Positions 1-9,640 of a DNA stretch of 64,000 nt are shown here, piece by piece. A program made the position numbers and the translations under genes. The stretch lies in contig JAAEZQ010000002.1 in assembly GCA_018222805.1 (NCBI GenBank), positions 288,415 through 352,414 on the forward strand, read 5' to 3'. The notes under the pieces are model-generated. The model had not been told where the DNA came from, did no database searches, and saw only the letters and a list, made by a program, of their open reading frames with translations. Numbering within the stretch: the first letter of the stretch is position 1; every line of letters starts with the position of its first letter. This DNA is from Vibrionaceae bacterium (GTDB lineage: Bacteria; Pseudomonadota; Gammaproteobacteria; Enterobacterales; Vibrionaceae).

Positions 1-123
1 TCCAACAAGGATTATCTCGCTCGAATTTCCATTGTCTCGCCATCGGGACAAAACCTTGACCAAGCGCTGCAGAACGCGCTCAGCAATTTCAACCTAGCTC
101 CAACTCGCGAGGTGGCAGCATGA
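1..123 (+). CDS. pvsA: 3' end of upstream siderophore-biosynthesis gene (PvsA-like), partial at window edge
   Basis: Frame 1 is open from the window edge to TGA at 121-123, overlapping the next start (ATGA). Identity is inferred only from its position upstream of the pvsB-like gene. Confidence 0.4.
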   Translation, partial: SNKDYLARISIVSPSGQNLDQALQNALSNFNLAPTREVAA

Positions 124-1952
124 ATCACAACGCGTTGTACCTAACCCAACGACTGATCGATACTTGCCTGCGCGAAGACATGTTTGGAATTTTGTCGAAC
201 GCCAACTTCAGTAACGCCACACAAACAGGGGTAGTTGCTCCCAAGGGCGAGCAAGTATGGCTGACGTTTAATAATTCTGATTTCACCCTCTACTTACCTG
301 TTGTTCCGGCGTATTACATGCAGCCCTGGTGTTACGGCCAAGTCAGCGGAGAAGCGCCACAAGGTTGGTGGGTAGAGAAAAATGGCCAAGTGGATCATCA
401 GCAGCATTACCAAGAGTGGATTGCGTTGCTGACGACGTTGGCACATGAGAGCTCTCACGAACTGTTGGCCGGATATCTACAAGAATTGGAATGCGCAGAG
501 AAACACAAACAGTTGTGTGACCAAGCGTTTCGCGACCATTCGGACCACATTTCTCAACCAATATCCAAGCTTGAATCTTGGCATCAAAAGCTGTTGCTTG
601 CCGACCAGATCGCGTCCTATCTTGACCACCCGTACTACCCAACGGCGCGTGCGAAGTTCGGTCTGAGCGATGAAGACCTTGCTAAGTACGCACCCGAGTT
701 CGCACAACGTTTTTCTCTTCATTGGATTGCGATTGAAAAGTCACAGGCGACATTAACCAGCGAGCAACCTGATTGTTGGCCAACGATGGAGCAAGTCGGG
801 CTTCCTGCTGATTTTGCACTTAGCCACGTACTGTTCCCGGCGCATCCGCTCACTCTTCGCTCTCTGGAGACGCTACCTGAAGGTATGATAGAAGCGCCGT
901 TTTCGTACCTAGAAGTCACGCCAACACTTTCCGTTCGCACGGTGGTGGTAAACGATGCGCCGAATATTCACATCAAAGTTCCGCTGATCATGCGCTCGCT
1001 GGGCACGAAAAACATCCGCTTAATCAAGCCATCGACGCTGTATGACGGCCACTGGTTTGAGCGTCTACTTAGCCATCTTGAACAAACGGACCCTGACTTA
1101 AACCGCCGCCTTTTCCATTGCAATGAACAACACGGTGGACATGTTGGCGACGATAAAACTTTTGCTTATATCGTGCGCGAGTACCCACTCACTCATTGTG
1201 AAGATAAAGCGTTAGTTCCGGTTGCAGCACTGGCAAGCCCAATGCCTGACGGACGCCTGTTCTTAGAGCATTTGGCTGAACAATACTACCAACAAGACAC
1301 GCTTGCGTGGTTCCAAGATTACGTCGACCTGTTATGCCAAGTGCACCTCACCTTGTGGCTTCGTTATGGCATTGCGTTGGAGTCCAATCAGCAAAACGCC
1401 ATCGTTGCGTTTGATCAACAGGGCAAAATGACGCTCGCGATGAAAGACAACGATGCGGCGAGAATTTGGCCAGAGCGCTTCAACTTCGTTACAGAACATG
1501 CAGCCCAAAAACATGGCGCGGGAAGCACTCCGGTACATTACGATGAACTGCTCGATCAACGTATTAAAGTCGATAACGAGTTAGCGCTTGGACAGATGTT
1601 TACCACCATCACATTGCAGCTGGATATCGCTGCGATTGTAGAAGCGATGTCGGCCAATGGTATTGCATCTTCAGCTTCGCTTTACGCCATTGTGGCCAAC
1701 AGCATTGCAGAGCAACTCAACCGATTAGAAGGCAAAGGATTAGAAACAAAACTGGCACGCGAGCTACTGCAAACAGCGCCTGATCTTTATGCCAAGTACT
1801 TGTTGAGCTCTGGCAGTTTGCTCTCAAAAGAAGCCTCCGGCGCGAGTGACATCAACAAGTTCTACGGTTTGTCGGCCCCTAACTTCTTGCTACTCACTAG
1901 CGAGGAAGCGCAGCGTGCCTACTTAGAAACCATCAAAAAAAGCCTACGTTAA
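120..1952 (+). CDS. pvsB: IucA/IucC-family NRPS-independent siderophore synthetase (vibrioferrin PvsB-like)
   Basis: 610-aa ORF with IucA/IucC-type N-terminal and FhuF-like C-terminal character. The order synthetase-MFS-synthetase-decarboxylase matches the vibrioferrin pvsABCDE operon. Confidence 0.75.
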   Translation: MNHNALYLTQRLIDTCLREDMFGILSNANFSNATQTGVVAPKGEQVWLTFNNSDFTLYLPVVPAYYMQPWCYGQVSGEAPQGWWVEKNGQVDHQQHYQEWIALLTTLAHESSHELLAGYLQELECAEKHKQLCDQAFRDHSDHISQPISKLESWHQKLLLADQIASYLDHPYYPTARAKFGLSDEDLAKYAPEFAQRFSLHWIAIEKSQATLTSEQPDCWPTMEQVGLPADFALSHVLFPAHPLTLRSLETLPEGMIEAPFSYLEVTPTLSVRTVVVNDAPNIHIKVPLIMRSLGTKNIRLIKPSTLYDGHWFERLLSHLEQTDPDLNRRLFHCNEQHGGHVGDDKTFAYIVREYPLTHCEDKALVPVAALASPMPDGRLFLEHLAEQYYQQDTLAWFQDYVDLLCQVHLTLWLRYGIALESNQQNAIVAFDQQGKMTLAMKDNDAARIWPERFNFVTEHAAQKHGAGSTPVHYDELLDQRIKVDNELALGQMFTTITLQLDIAAIVEAMSANGIASSASLYAIVANSIAEQLNRLEGKGLETKLARELLQTAPDLYAKYLLSSGSLLSKEASGASDINKFYGLSAPNFLLLTSEEAQRAYLETIKKSLR

Positions 1953-1958
1953 CCGATT

Positions 1959-3152
1959 ATGACCAAACTCATCTACAGTGTGTTGTTGTGCCACTTTATC
2001 GCCGCGTTTGCCGCATTAGGTATGCCGCTATTTCTACCCGTTGTGTTGCCAACATTGGGCGCAAGCATTGACGCGGACTGGGCAGGCGTTTTATTCATCC
2101 TACCCACTTTTTGTACCGCGTTGGCGGCGCGTTTTTGGGGCAACTTTGCCGATCGCTATGGTCGCCGCCGCTCACTCTTGCGCGCACAACTTGGCCTTGC
2201 GGCAGGGTTTGCGCTGTGTGGCTTGGCAGACAACCTCACAATGTTTGTGTTTGGTCTTATTGTTCAAGGAACCTTTGGCGGCACCATGGCCGCCTCGAAC
2301 AGCTACTTATCTAGCCAAATTAAAGAAGCCAAAACCCTCGGCAAGTCGCTTAATAAAACCCAACTTTCTGCCCGCTTGGCACTGATCGTCGCACCAATCG
2401 GATTGGGCTGGAGCTTGTCAGAAACCAACCCGCTTAACGCTTACCTTTGGTTATGCGTTTTGCCTTTAATCGCAATGGGCATAACGCTGACACTACCCGC
2501 TGACCAAAGCCGCGAAAAGCCAAACTTAGAATCACAGCAAGAGAAAACCGTTACGCAAAAAAGCGTCATGCATGCTATTCGCTGGATCTTCTTCGCTCAG
2601 TTCGGTTTTGCTTTCTCGATGGTGGTGACCTTTCCCTATTTCTCGCCGTTTGTGCAGAAATATGGAATCACCAACCACGCATGGATCGGTTTTCTGTACG
2701 CGCTGCCTCATGTCGTCTATCTGTTGCTTGCTGGCAAAATCCACGTGTTATCGGATGGGTTTAATCGCTATCAACCGATGCGTACGTTGTGGCTTGGGTT
2801 TGCATTGCTTACCGTGAGTTCTGCCTTGCATTTGTTTGCGTCCGAAACCACGCTGATTGCAGCAAGAGTTTTCTTCGGCGTCTCGATGGTGTGTTGCTAT
2901 CACGGATTGCACCAACATCTAGCGAGCAATCTGGATCGCAAACTCAGTGGCAAAGTATTTTCTCGATTTGATGCCATGTCCAAATGGGGTGGCGTGGCAG
3001 CGGGATTTTGCGCTTCTTTCATTTCTAGCTTGGGGCTACTTGAGGTTCCTTTCCTACTTTCTGCGATAGTCAGCGTGATCACCTTGATCGCACTGGTTAT
3101 CCACTCAAAATTTGGAAATCAACATGTTACAGACTCAATCCTCTCCGACTAG
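1959..3152 (+). CDS. pvsC: MFS transporter (vibrioferrin exporter PvsC-like)
   Basis: 397-aa ORF, about 12 hydrophobic segments, MFS motif FADRYGRRRSL between TM2 and TM3, embedded in the pvs operon. Confidence 0.75.
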   Translation: MTKLIYSVLLCHFIAAFAALGMPLFLPVVLPTLGASIDADWAGVLFILPTFCTALAARFWGNFADRYGRRRSLLRAQLGLAAGFALCGLADNLTMFVFGLIVQGTFGGTMAASNSYLSSQIKEAKTLGKSLNKTQLSARLALIVAPIGLGWSLSETNPLNAYLWLCVLPLIAMGITLTLPADQSREKPNLESQQEKTVTQKSVMHAIRWIFFAQFGFAFSMVVTFPYFSPFVQKYGITNHAWIGFLYALPHVVYLLLAGKIHVLSDGFNRYQPMRTLWLGFALLTVSSALHLFASETTLIAARVFFGVSMVCCYHGLHQHLASNLDRKLSGKVFSRFDAMSKWGGVAAGFCASFISSLGLLEVPFLLSAIVSVITLIALVIHSKFGNQHVTDSILSD

Positions 3153-4953
3153 TGAGTTGCGCGCGCATGATGTGCAACTCAACCGTGAAAAAGCCCAACT
3201 CAATACCATGATGGGTGTCCTCAATTGTTACTTACGCGAGTTTGCGTTGCCAAATCAGCAAGTAGAATGGCAATACAACTCGACGTCATTACCGCAGACG
3301 TTAAAAAGAAACTACTCAGCAAAACAGCTCGTTGCCGTTCATCTATCCCAACAAAATAGCGTGCTAGTTTTACCGATTCACTACGTAAGTAAACTAGGCA
3401 AAATCAAGTTGGCGGGAATGCCATGGGTAAAAATGCCTGGCTCTGCTTGGACGAAGTTGAACTCTACGCAAACCCTCACGCTTTTGCTTAACTATCTCAA
3501 GCAAGTGTTGGCGATCCCGTTTAACCATGAGCTGATCGAACAGCTTGAAAATAGCGTGCTGGTTACGGAGCAGTTTCTCAACGTCGCGCCCAAATCGCAT
3601 CACAACGAATTTATCGCCTCGGAACAATCGCTGATTTGGGGTCATACTTTCCATCCGACACCGAAAAGTCGCTCAGGCGTCACAATGGATGATCTTTTGG
3701 CGTTCTCTCCGGAAGTCGGTGCGCAAGTCCCGTTGTTCTGGTTTGAAGTGGATTCGTCCTTACTTGATGTACTGAGTTCCGACAATGAATCTGGCTCTGC
3801 GCAGCACATGCTACAACAGCTCGCACCACATCATGCAGCCTGCAATGGGAAGATACTCTACCCTTGCCATCCTTGGGAAAGCTACACCATCTTAAGCAAC
3901 CCAAGCGTGAAACGAGCGATTGAACAAGGTCAGATCACTCCACTGGGATTAGGCGGAGAAAAGATGCAACCGACGTCTTCAGTTCGTACCCTCTACCACC
4001 CTGATATGGACTGGTTTGCTAAGTTCTCCATCAACGTACGATTAACCAACTGCGTGCGCAAAAACGCTTGGTACGAACTCGATAGTGCAGTGCAACTCAC
4101 ATCGATTCTCAAGCCGATTCGAGAGAACGAACAGCTGCGCAATCCGGTGTTTAAAGTGATGACCGAACCCTACGCCACCACATTGAACCTTGAAAGTGTG
4201 GCCGAGAGAAATTGGGACGACAACACCAAAGCCCGCGAGTCGTTCGGCATTTTGTACCGCGAAAACTTCTCGCTTAGCGAAGTCGATATCTTAAAGCCAA
4301 CCCTCGCCGGCGCTCTGTTTGCCTACGACAGAAACGGCAACAGCTGCATTGCTCAACACCTGACAAACAAAGCACGTACAACGCAAAGTCACTATCACGA
4401 CATCGCGACACTGTGGTTTGAACGCTATTTGCATTGCCTGATTCCGGGCGTGTTTAATTACTACTTCAAGCACGGAGTCGCGTTTGAGCCGCATTTGCAA
4501 AACACCTTGATTGGTTTTGAGCAAGAGATGCCTTGCTGCGTTTGGATTCGTGATTTGGAAGGCACCAAATTGCTGCCAGAATTTTGGCCAGAAGAGGCCT
4601 TAACCAACCTGTCTGAACGCGCGCGACAATCAGTCTACTACAGTCGCGAACAGGGCTGGAATCGCATCGGATACTGCACCTTTATCAACAATATCAGCGA
4701 GGCGATATTCTTCATCGCAGAAGGTGACGATCAACTAGAACAAACACTGTGGAATGCGGTGCAAAGTGCGATTGTGCGCTGGCAATCAGTAAATGGAAAA
4801 CAGCCGGAACTTGAAGCGTTACTTAATGGCGGTCACTTCCCAAGCAAAAACAATTTCACCACGCGTTTGATGCAAAAAGCCGATAAAGAGTCGGGTTACA
4901 CCCAAGTAGCCGCGCCTTGGCAACAAGGTGAAAAAGGAGCGCAACATGCCTAA
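3112..4953 (+). CDS. pvsD: IucA/IucC-family siderophore synthetase (PvsD-like)
   Basis: 613-aa ORF, paralogous in architecture to pvsB. The start may be the ATG at 3124, since the ORF overlaps the pvsC end. Confidence 0.75.
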   Translation: MEINMLQTQSSPTSELRAHDVQLNREKAQLNTMMGVLNCYLREFALPNQQVEWQYNSTSLPQTLKRNYSAKQLVAVHLSQQNSVLVLPIHYVSKLGKIKLAGMPWVKMPGSAWTKLNSTQTLTLLLNYLKQVLAIPFNHELIEQLENSVLVTEQFLNVAPKSHHNEFIASEQSLIWGHTFHPTPKSRSGVTMDDLLAFSPEVGAQVPLFWFEVDSSLLDVLSSDNESGSAQHMLQQLAPHHAACNGKILYPCHPWESYTILSNPSVKRAIEQGQITPLGLGGEKMQPTSSVRTLYHPDMDWFAKFSINVRLTNCVRKNAWYELDSAVQLTSILKPIRENEQLRNPVFKVMTEPYATTLNLESVAERNWDDNTKARESFGILYRENFSLSEVDILKPTLAGALFAYDRNGNSCIAQHLTNKARTTQSHYHDIATLWFERYLHCLIPGVFNYYFKHGVAFEPHLQNTLIGFEQEMPCCVWIRDLEGTKLLPEFWPEEALTNLSERARQSVYYSREQGWNRIGYCTFINNISEAIFFIAEGDDQLEQTLWNAVQSAIVRWQSVNGKQPELEALLNGGHFPSKNNFTTRLMQKADKESGYTQVAAPWQQGEKGAQHA

Positions 4954-6148
4954 CTCACTCGTCCTACCAACACGCGTCAGCCAGCAAATTAAAACGCTCG
5001 CACAGCAGCAAGATCAACCCTTATGCGCGTACTTGTACGACCTAAACAACTTGGAAGCGCACATCAAACAACTGCGTCACGTATTGCCAGAAAATGTGGA
5101 GCTGTTTTACGCTGCGAAAGCCAACCCATCAGGGCCTATCCTCACAACACTCGCGCCCTATGTCGATGGCTTTGAAGCTGCATCCGGCGGCGAGTTGGCT
5201 CACCTCCACCAGCAACAACTCGACAAGCCATTGATCTTCGGCGGCCCGGGTAAAATGCCAAGAGAATTGCAACAAGCGATTGAGCTCGACGTCGATGCAA
5301 TTCATGTCGAAAGCCTAACCGAATTGCAACGTATTGGTGCACTAACCGAGCGACTAAACCGCCCCGCTTCGATTTTTCTACGTATGAACATTGATATCGG
5401 CGACATCACGCTAAGCAAGCTGGCGATGGGCGGAAAGCCAACCCCGTTTGGTTTGGACGAATCTGAACTGAGCAATGCCCTGATGTTGCTGCGCGATTTC
5501 CCGCAAGTGTCACTGAAAGGTTTCCATTTTCACTTGATGTCGCATCAGCTCAACGTCGAACGTCACTTGGCGTTGATGCAGCGCTACTTCCAAGTTGTGA
5601 AGACGTGGCAACAGCAGTTCGAACTCAGTGAGCTGATGATCAACTTGGGTGGCGGCATGGGCATTAACTATCAAAACCCTGAGCAACACTTTCCGTGGAT
5701 GGAGTTTTGCGACAAGTTGGAATTTCTTATCGCGAAAGAGCAAGTGCAAGACTGGACACTGCGTTTTGAGTGCGGACGGTTTATCACTGCTCCATGTGGT
5801 TACTACGTAATGGAAGTGTTAGATATTAAACAAAATCTTGGTGAAAATTTCGTAATTGCGCGCGGAGGTACTCACCATTTCCGCACACCAGCGGCGCAGA
5901 GCCATGATCATCCGTTCATCATCCTTAAGAACGAACAACACAACGAAATTTCTAACCCAATCCAGCATGCGCAAGCGACCTTTGTCGGACAGCTTTGTAC
6001 GCCAAAAGATGTGCTGGCGCGCAATCAACACGTCGAACACATCGACATTGGTGACTACGTCGTGTTTACCTTAGCGGGTGCGTATGCGTGGAACATCTCG
6101 CATCAAAACTTCTTGATGCATGAACCACCGATATTCCACTATTTCTAA
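4946..6148 (+). CDS. pvsE: PLP-dependent Orn/DAP/Arg decarboxylase-family enzyme (PvsE-like)
   Basis: Contains YAAKAN (PLP-lysine motif) and the GGGMG motif. AAGGAG at 4934-4939 sits 6 nt before the ATG at 4946. The track ORF starts earlier, at GTG 4928. Confidence 0.75.
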   Translation: MPNSLVLPTRVSQQIKTLAQQQDQPLCAYLYDLNNLEAHIKQLRHVLPENVELFYAAKANPSGPILTTLAPYVDGFEAASGGELAHLHQQQLDKPLIFGGPGKMPRELQQAIELDVDAIHVESLTELQRIGALTERLNRPASIFLRMNIDIGDITLSKLAMGGKPTPFGLDESELSNALMLLRDFPQVSLKGFHFHLMSHQLNVERHLALMQRYFQVVKTWQQQFELSELMINLGGGMGINYQNPEQHFPWMEFCDKLEFLIAKEQVQDWTLRFECGRFITAPCGYYVMEVLDIKQNLGENFVIARGGTHHFRTPAAQSHDHPFIILKNEQHNEISNPIQHAQATFVGQLCTPKDVLARNQHVEHIDIGDYVVFTLAGAYAWNISHQNFLMHEPPIFHYF

Positions 6149-6172
6149 AACGTAATACTTCGCTTCGTTTAA

Positions 6173-6194
6173 GCCCCAATAATTGGGGCTTTTT
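6173..6194 (+). terminator. Rho-independent terminator after pvsE
   Basis: GCCCCAAT/AATTGGGGC stem followed by TTTTT. Confidence 0.7.
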
Positions 6195-6253
6195 ATTTAG
6201 CCTCAAGCACAGACTCACTTACATTAGCCACTTTGCGATCTACTTTCTCTCTA

Positions 6254-6288
6254 AAAACAAAAAACCCGCATTCAAACCGGAATGCGGG
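6254..6288 (-). terminator. Rho-independent terminator after the porin gene
   Basis: CCCGCATTC ... GAATGCGGG stem with an A-run on the plus strand (T-run on minus). Confidence 0.7.
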
Positions 6289-6334
6289 TGGCTTTAAGTA
6301 AGGTAAAGCAGTGGATTAATGATAGAACTGGAAA

Positions 6335-7309
6335 TTAGAACGAGTATTTCGCTACAAACTTAAAGCCGTAACCGTCTTTCTTCTCTTCGCCTTCCTGTTC
6401 TACAGAACCTGTTTGAACGACAAAATCTGTTTTGAATGAGTCTGTTACCTCGTATCCAAGACCTAGGTATGCCGTTTGCGCTTCTACAGCCGTACCTTGT
6501 AGGTCACCGTCTACGTATTGAAGAGAACCGTAAAGTTTGAAACATTCAAATGTGTACGCTGCTGCTACAGAGTAAGTTTCACCGTCGTTTGGAGATTCAA
6601 GCTTAAGTTCAACACTGTCGCTTGCTTTCAAGCTCCCTGCGTTTTCGAAAGAAATGAATGCTGCACCAAATTTGAAATCACCCAGTTTTACGTCACCGCC
6701 TAAACCTAGAGAGTTCGCAGCATCACCATCAGAACCGTAAGCAACCGCTGCAGAGAAATCGTCTGTTTTGTAGTTTAGAGATGTTGCGTAGTTTGCCTCA
6801 TTGTCTGAATCGCTGTCTGTTTCGTAGTTTGCAGAAAACTCAAGATCGTTGATTTTTGCCTTGTAACGGATACCTTGACCGTCTACACCACCTTGCGAAA
6901 TCTTGTACAAGTTTGTCCCTTCACCTTGATGCGCTTTTTCGGCCGCACCAAAAGAGTTACCTGTATCACCGAAAGAGAAATTACCGTATTTAACATGGTC
7001 AAATTCTAATTTAATATCAGCGAATTCTGCATTGCGGTTTTCTTTTGTCACACTGTCGCCAGCATTAATTGCAAAAGAACCAATTAGTTTCGCATCTTCA
7101 TTCAATTGATGCGTACCTTTAACTTTTAGGTGTGCATCCGTAAATACGTGTGGTGCTTTCTCTTTATCATCAGCATCAACGTATACTGCGATACCTTTTG
7201 CCCAACCTGATAGTTCAACTTTATTTTCTTCTGATTTGTAAATTTCGCCAGCTGCTGCTGCACCAGTGAATAGAACAGAAATTGCAATAGCTAAAGGTTT
7301 GATGTTCAT
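6335..7309 (-). CDS. Gram-negative general porin (OmpU/OmpC-type beta-barrel)
   Basis: Signal peptide MNIKPLAIAISVLFTGAAAA, alternating beta-strand pattern, Gly/Asp/Asn-rich loops, C-terminal ...KYSF. The likely start is the ATG at 7309 rather than 7330. Confidence 0.75.
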   Translation of the reverse strand: MNIKPLAIAISVLFTGAAAAGEIYKSEENKVELSGWAKGIAVYVDADDKEKAPHVFTDAHLKVKGTHQLNEDAKLIGSFAINAGDSVTKENRNAEFADIKLEFDHVKYGNFSFGDTGNSFGAAEKAHQGEGTNLYKISQGGVDGQGIRYKAKINDLEFSANYETDSDSDNEANYATSLNYKTDDFSAAVAYGSDGDAANSLGLGGDVKLGDFKFGAAFISFENAGSLKASDSVELKLESPNDGETYSVAAAYTFECFKLYGSLQYVDGDLQGTAVEAQTAYLGLGYEVTDSFKTDFVVQTGSVEQEGEEKKDGYGFKFVAKYSF

Positions 7310-7769
7310 ATCGTACTCCATATGTTGCATATAAAGGTTAACGCAACTAATTGTATTAAAAGTATTTATAGGCTATGAGATTACATTCTTATACTGAATG
7401 TGCTTCTGGGGTAATATTATCGAAATAAATTATATTTAAAATTGAAATGTTATTTTAATTTTAATAAATAAGATCGAGATCATAATTAAACCAGTATTTG
7501 TAAAGTAACGATATGAAGTTTCATGCATTTAAAAAACAATCTAAAATAACCTTTATTGATCCAAATCAAATATGAAATCAAACATCAAAGATGTAGAAAA
7601 ACGTGATATATGAATGTGTATTAAAAACAACTAATACAGTGATGATAAAGTCATTAAATTGTAAAAAATAAAAATTAGATATGACTCGCAATTCTATTAA
7701 TAAATGTATTAGTAAATATTTTAAACATGCTATAGGAGGGATCAGATATATAAAAGCATATACTTCTGA

Positions 7770-8230
7770 TCATTGAAGATGCTTGTTTTCCGCATTTATG
7801 AAGATCATGCTACGCACATGAATGTGACTCTTACTAAACAGTAAAAGTAATCCGTGTTCTTGTCGGCGATAGTCGAAGATGTCGCTGATTTCACGACCAA
7901 CTATCAGCTCAACTAAGCGATCGTTAGTCGGTTGTGAAAGGTCACTAAATGACTGCACGTGCAGGCCATCTTTAAAGATAGTTAAGCATCACACAGATAG
8001 AAGAGCTCTTCCATACGCTGCGATACGTACATGATGATTACAGCCGCATCACGCAGTTCCGGATAACCTTGAATAGGTTTGAATTTCACACTGAGAAAAA
8101 CTACTGGTTGGCTCATCAAATGCGATAATTTGTGCGTTTCGGCTCAGTGCTTTGGCTATATTCTCAAGGATAGGTCATTAATAATGATACATAGGGACGA
8201 ATCCATTGTTTTCACGATCACAAGGATACT
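7770..8230 (-). pseudogene. Decayed fragment of a sugar-type ABC transporter ATPase (RbsA/MglA/XylG-like)
   Basis: Minus-strand translation gives ...IAKALSRNAQIIAFDEPTSS (Walker B region). After a frame shift it gives LRDAAVIIMYVSQRMEELFYLCDA followed by a stop. The 62-aa ORF 7770-7958 then continues the family-typical ...LVELIVGREI... segment. The N-terminal half is missing and several stops or frameshifts are present. Confidence 0.6.
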
Positions 8231-8483
8231 ACTTAGGAATCAGGGGACTGGCGGTTAGGAATCTCATAGAAAAATAGTGATAACGGTTTTGAGCATGCCT
8301 TCAGCCAATCTGTTTGTGTGAAAGGATGGCAATGAAGAGGCTAGGACTAATGAAATACGGTTTGATAACAGCATCCCAACCTTATAGAAAACAATCATCC
8401 ATGCATTGGAGTAAGGTTATCTTGAACACTGCACAGACACTGACTACAATGACGCACTTTCTTTACGGAATACAGGTCAAAAA

Positions 8484-8729
8484 ATGAACGACACTACTAA
8501 ACCAGCTCTACCAGATCGCCTTGCCGGCAACCCACGTAGCCCATTCTTTGTGAAAGAGTGCTTTGATCACCAAATCGGTATCCGTTTCAACGGAAAAGAG
8601 CGTACTGACGTTGAAGAATACTGCGTTAGCGAAGGCTGGGTAAAAATCGCGTCTCCAAAAGCAAAAGACCGTTTCGGTAATCCAATGCTGATCAAACTGA
8701 AAGGCGAAGTTGAAGCGTACTACGTGTAA
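8484..8729 (+). CDS. Small conserved protein (DUF3297-like)
   Basis: 81-aa ORF followed by a terminator-like hairpin. Family assignment is from memory of the RSPFFVKE...GWVK pattern. Confidence 0.5.
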   Translation: MNDTTKPALPDRLAGNPRSPFFVKECFDHQIGIRFNGKERTDVEEYCVSEGWVKIASPKAKDRFGNPMLIKLKGEVEAYYV

Positions 8730-8753
8730 GCAGTACTACTGAATCAACAATAA

Positions 8754-8778
8754 GCTCGAGCCTTGCTCGGGCTTTTTT
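8754..8778 (+). terminator. Terminator after the DUF3297-like gene
   Basis: GCTCGAG-ccttg-CTCGGGC hairpin (one mismatch) followed by TTTTTT. Confidence 0.55.
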
Positions 8779-8935
8779 GTGCTTGCTATCTCACCACGAC
8801 ACTCATCCATTCCCTTCTCTTTGGAGTACAAGTTGTCAGGAAGTCGCTATCTTTTTCAGTTTGTTGTCTAAAATCTTATAGATACAAAACCTCCAAAAAG
8901 AAACGACACAATTTGTTGGATTTAAGGAAGAGGAA

Positions 8936-9640
8936 ATGGAAAGCCCACTTGTCACTCTTAAAAGTGCGAACAAAAGCTTTGTTGATGGTAAAGAAACACA
9001 CTGCGTTTTGGAAAATGTCGACTTAACTCTGACAAACGGAGCGAGCGTGGCATTAACGGGGGCAAGTGGCAGCGGTAAAAGTACCTTGCTCAATGTCATT
9101 GCGGGTTTTGAACCTCTATCAAGTGGTGAATTATGGTTGGATGGAGAGGACACGACCGCTTGGAAAGATCCACAATGGAGCCGTTTTCGACACCAAAACC
9201 TTGGCGTTATCTTCCAACAATTCAACCTGTTAACCCCACTAAATGTTGAACAAAACATTGTCTTTCCACTAAGTTTGAACCAACTAAAATGGAACGAATG
9301 GTGTGACTATTTGGTGGAAACCTTAGGCATCAGTGCTCTACTCGACAGGCATGTCTCTACGCTTTCTGGTGGTCAGCAACAGCGTGTCGCAATAGCACGG
9401 GCCTTAGCCCACAAGCCCAAACTCTTACTCGCTGACGAACCTACCGGTAATCTCGACCAACAAGCCGGCTTAGAGGTCATGAAGCTGCTGAGTGAAATTA
9501 TCACCCAAGGTAAAACCGCAGTGATATTGGTGACTCACAGCCCTGAATGTGCCGACTTTATGCAAACTCAGTTACGCTTGAAGAATGGTCACCTTGCCCG
9601 TGTTCAGCAAAACCAAGAGCCACGCTATGAAGCAAACTAG
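8936..9640 (+). CDS. ABC transporter ATP-binding protein (LolD/MacB/YbbA-type; AttE-like)
   Basis: Walker A GASGSGKST, signature LSGGQQQRVAIARAL, Walker B LLLADEPTGNLD. Confidence 0.85.
   Translation: MESPLVTLKSANKSFVDGKETHCVLENVDLTLTNGASVALTGASGSGKSTLLNVIAGFEPLSSGELWLDGEDTTAWKDPQWSRFRHQNLGVIFQQFNLLTPLNVEQNIVFPLSLNQLKWNEWCDYLVETLGISALLDRHVSTLSGGQQQRVAIARALAHKPKLLLADEPTGNLDQQAGLEVMKLLSEIITQGKTAVILVTHSPECADFMQTQLRLKNGHLARVQQNQEPRYEAN

Noticed and set aside
5897-5912. Iteron-like ATGATCATCCGTTC inside pvsE.
   Set aside because: Only the TGATCAT core and a few flanking bases match. It encodes SHDHPF in a conserved enzyme. TGATCA is expected about 15 times by chance in 64 kb.
7331-7770. Extremely AT-rich 440 bp upstream of the porin, considered as a possible mobile-element scar or hidden gene.
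   Set aside because: There are no inverted or direct terminal repeats, no ORF and no recognisable RNA structure. It is most simply an AT-rich (H-NS-type) promoter region.
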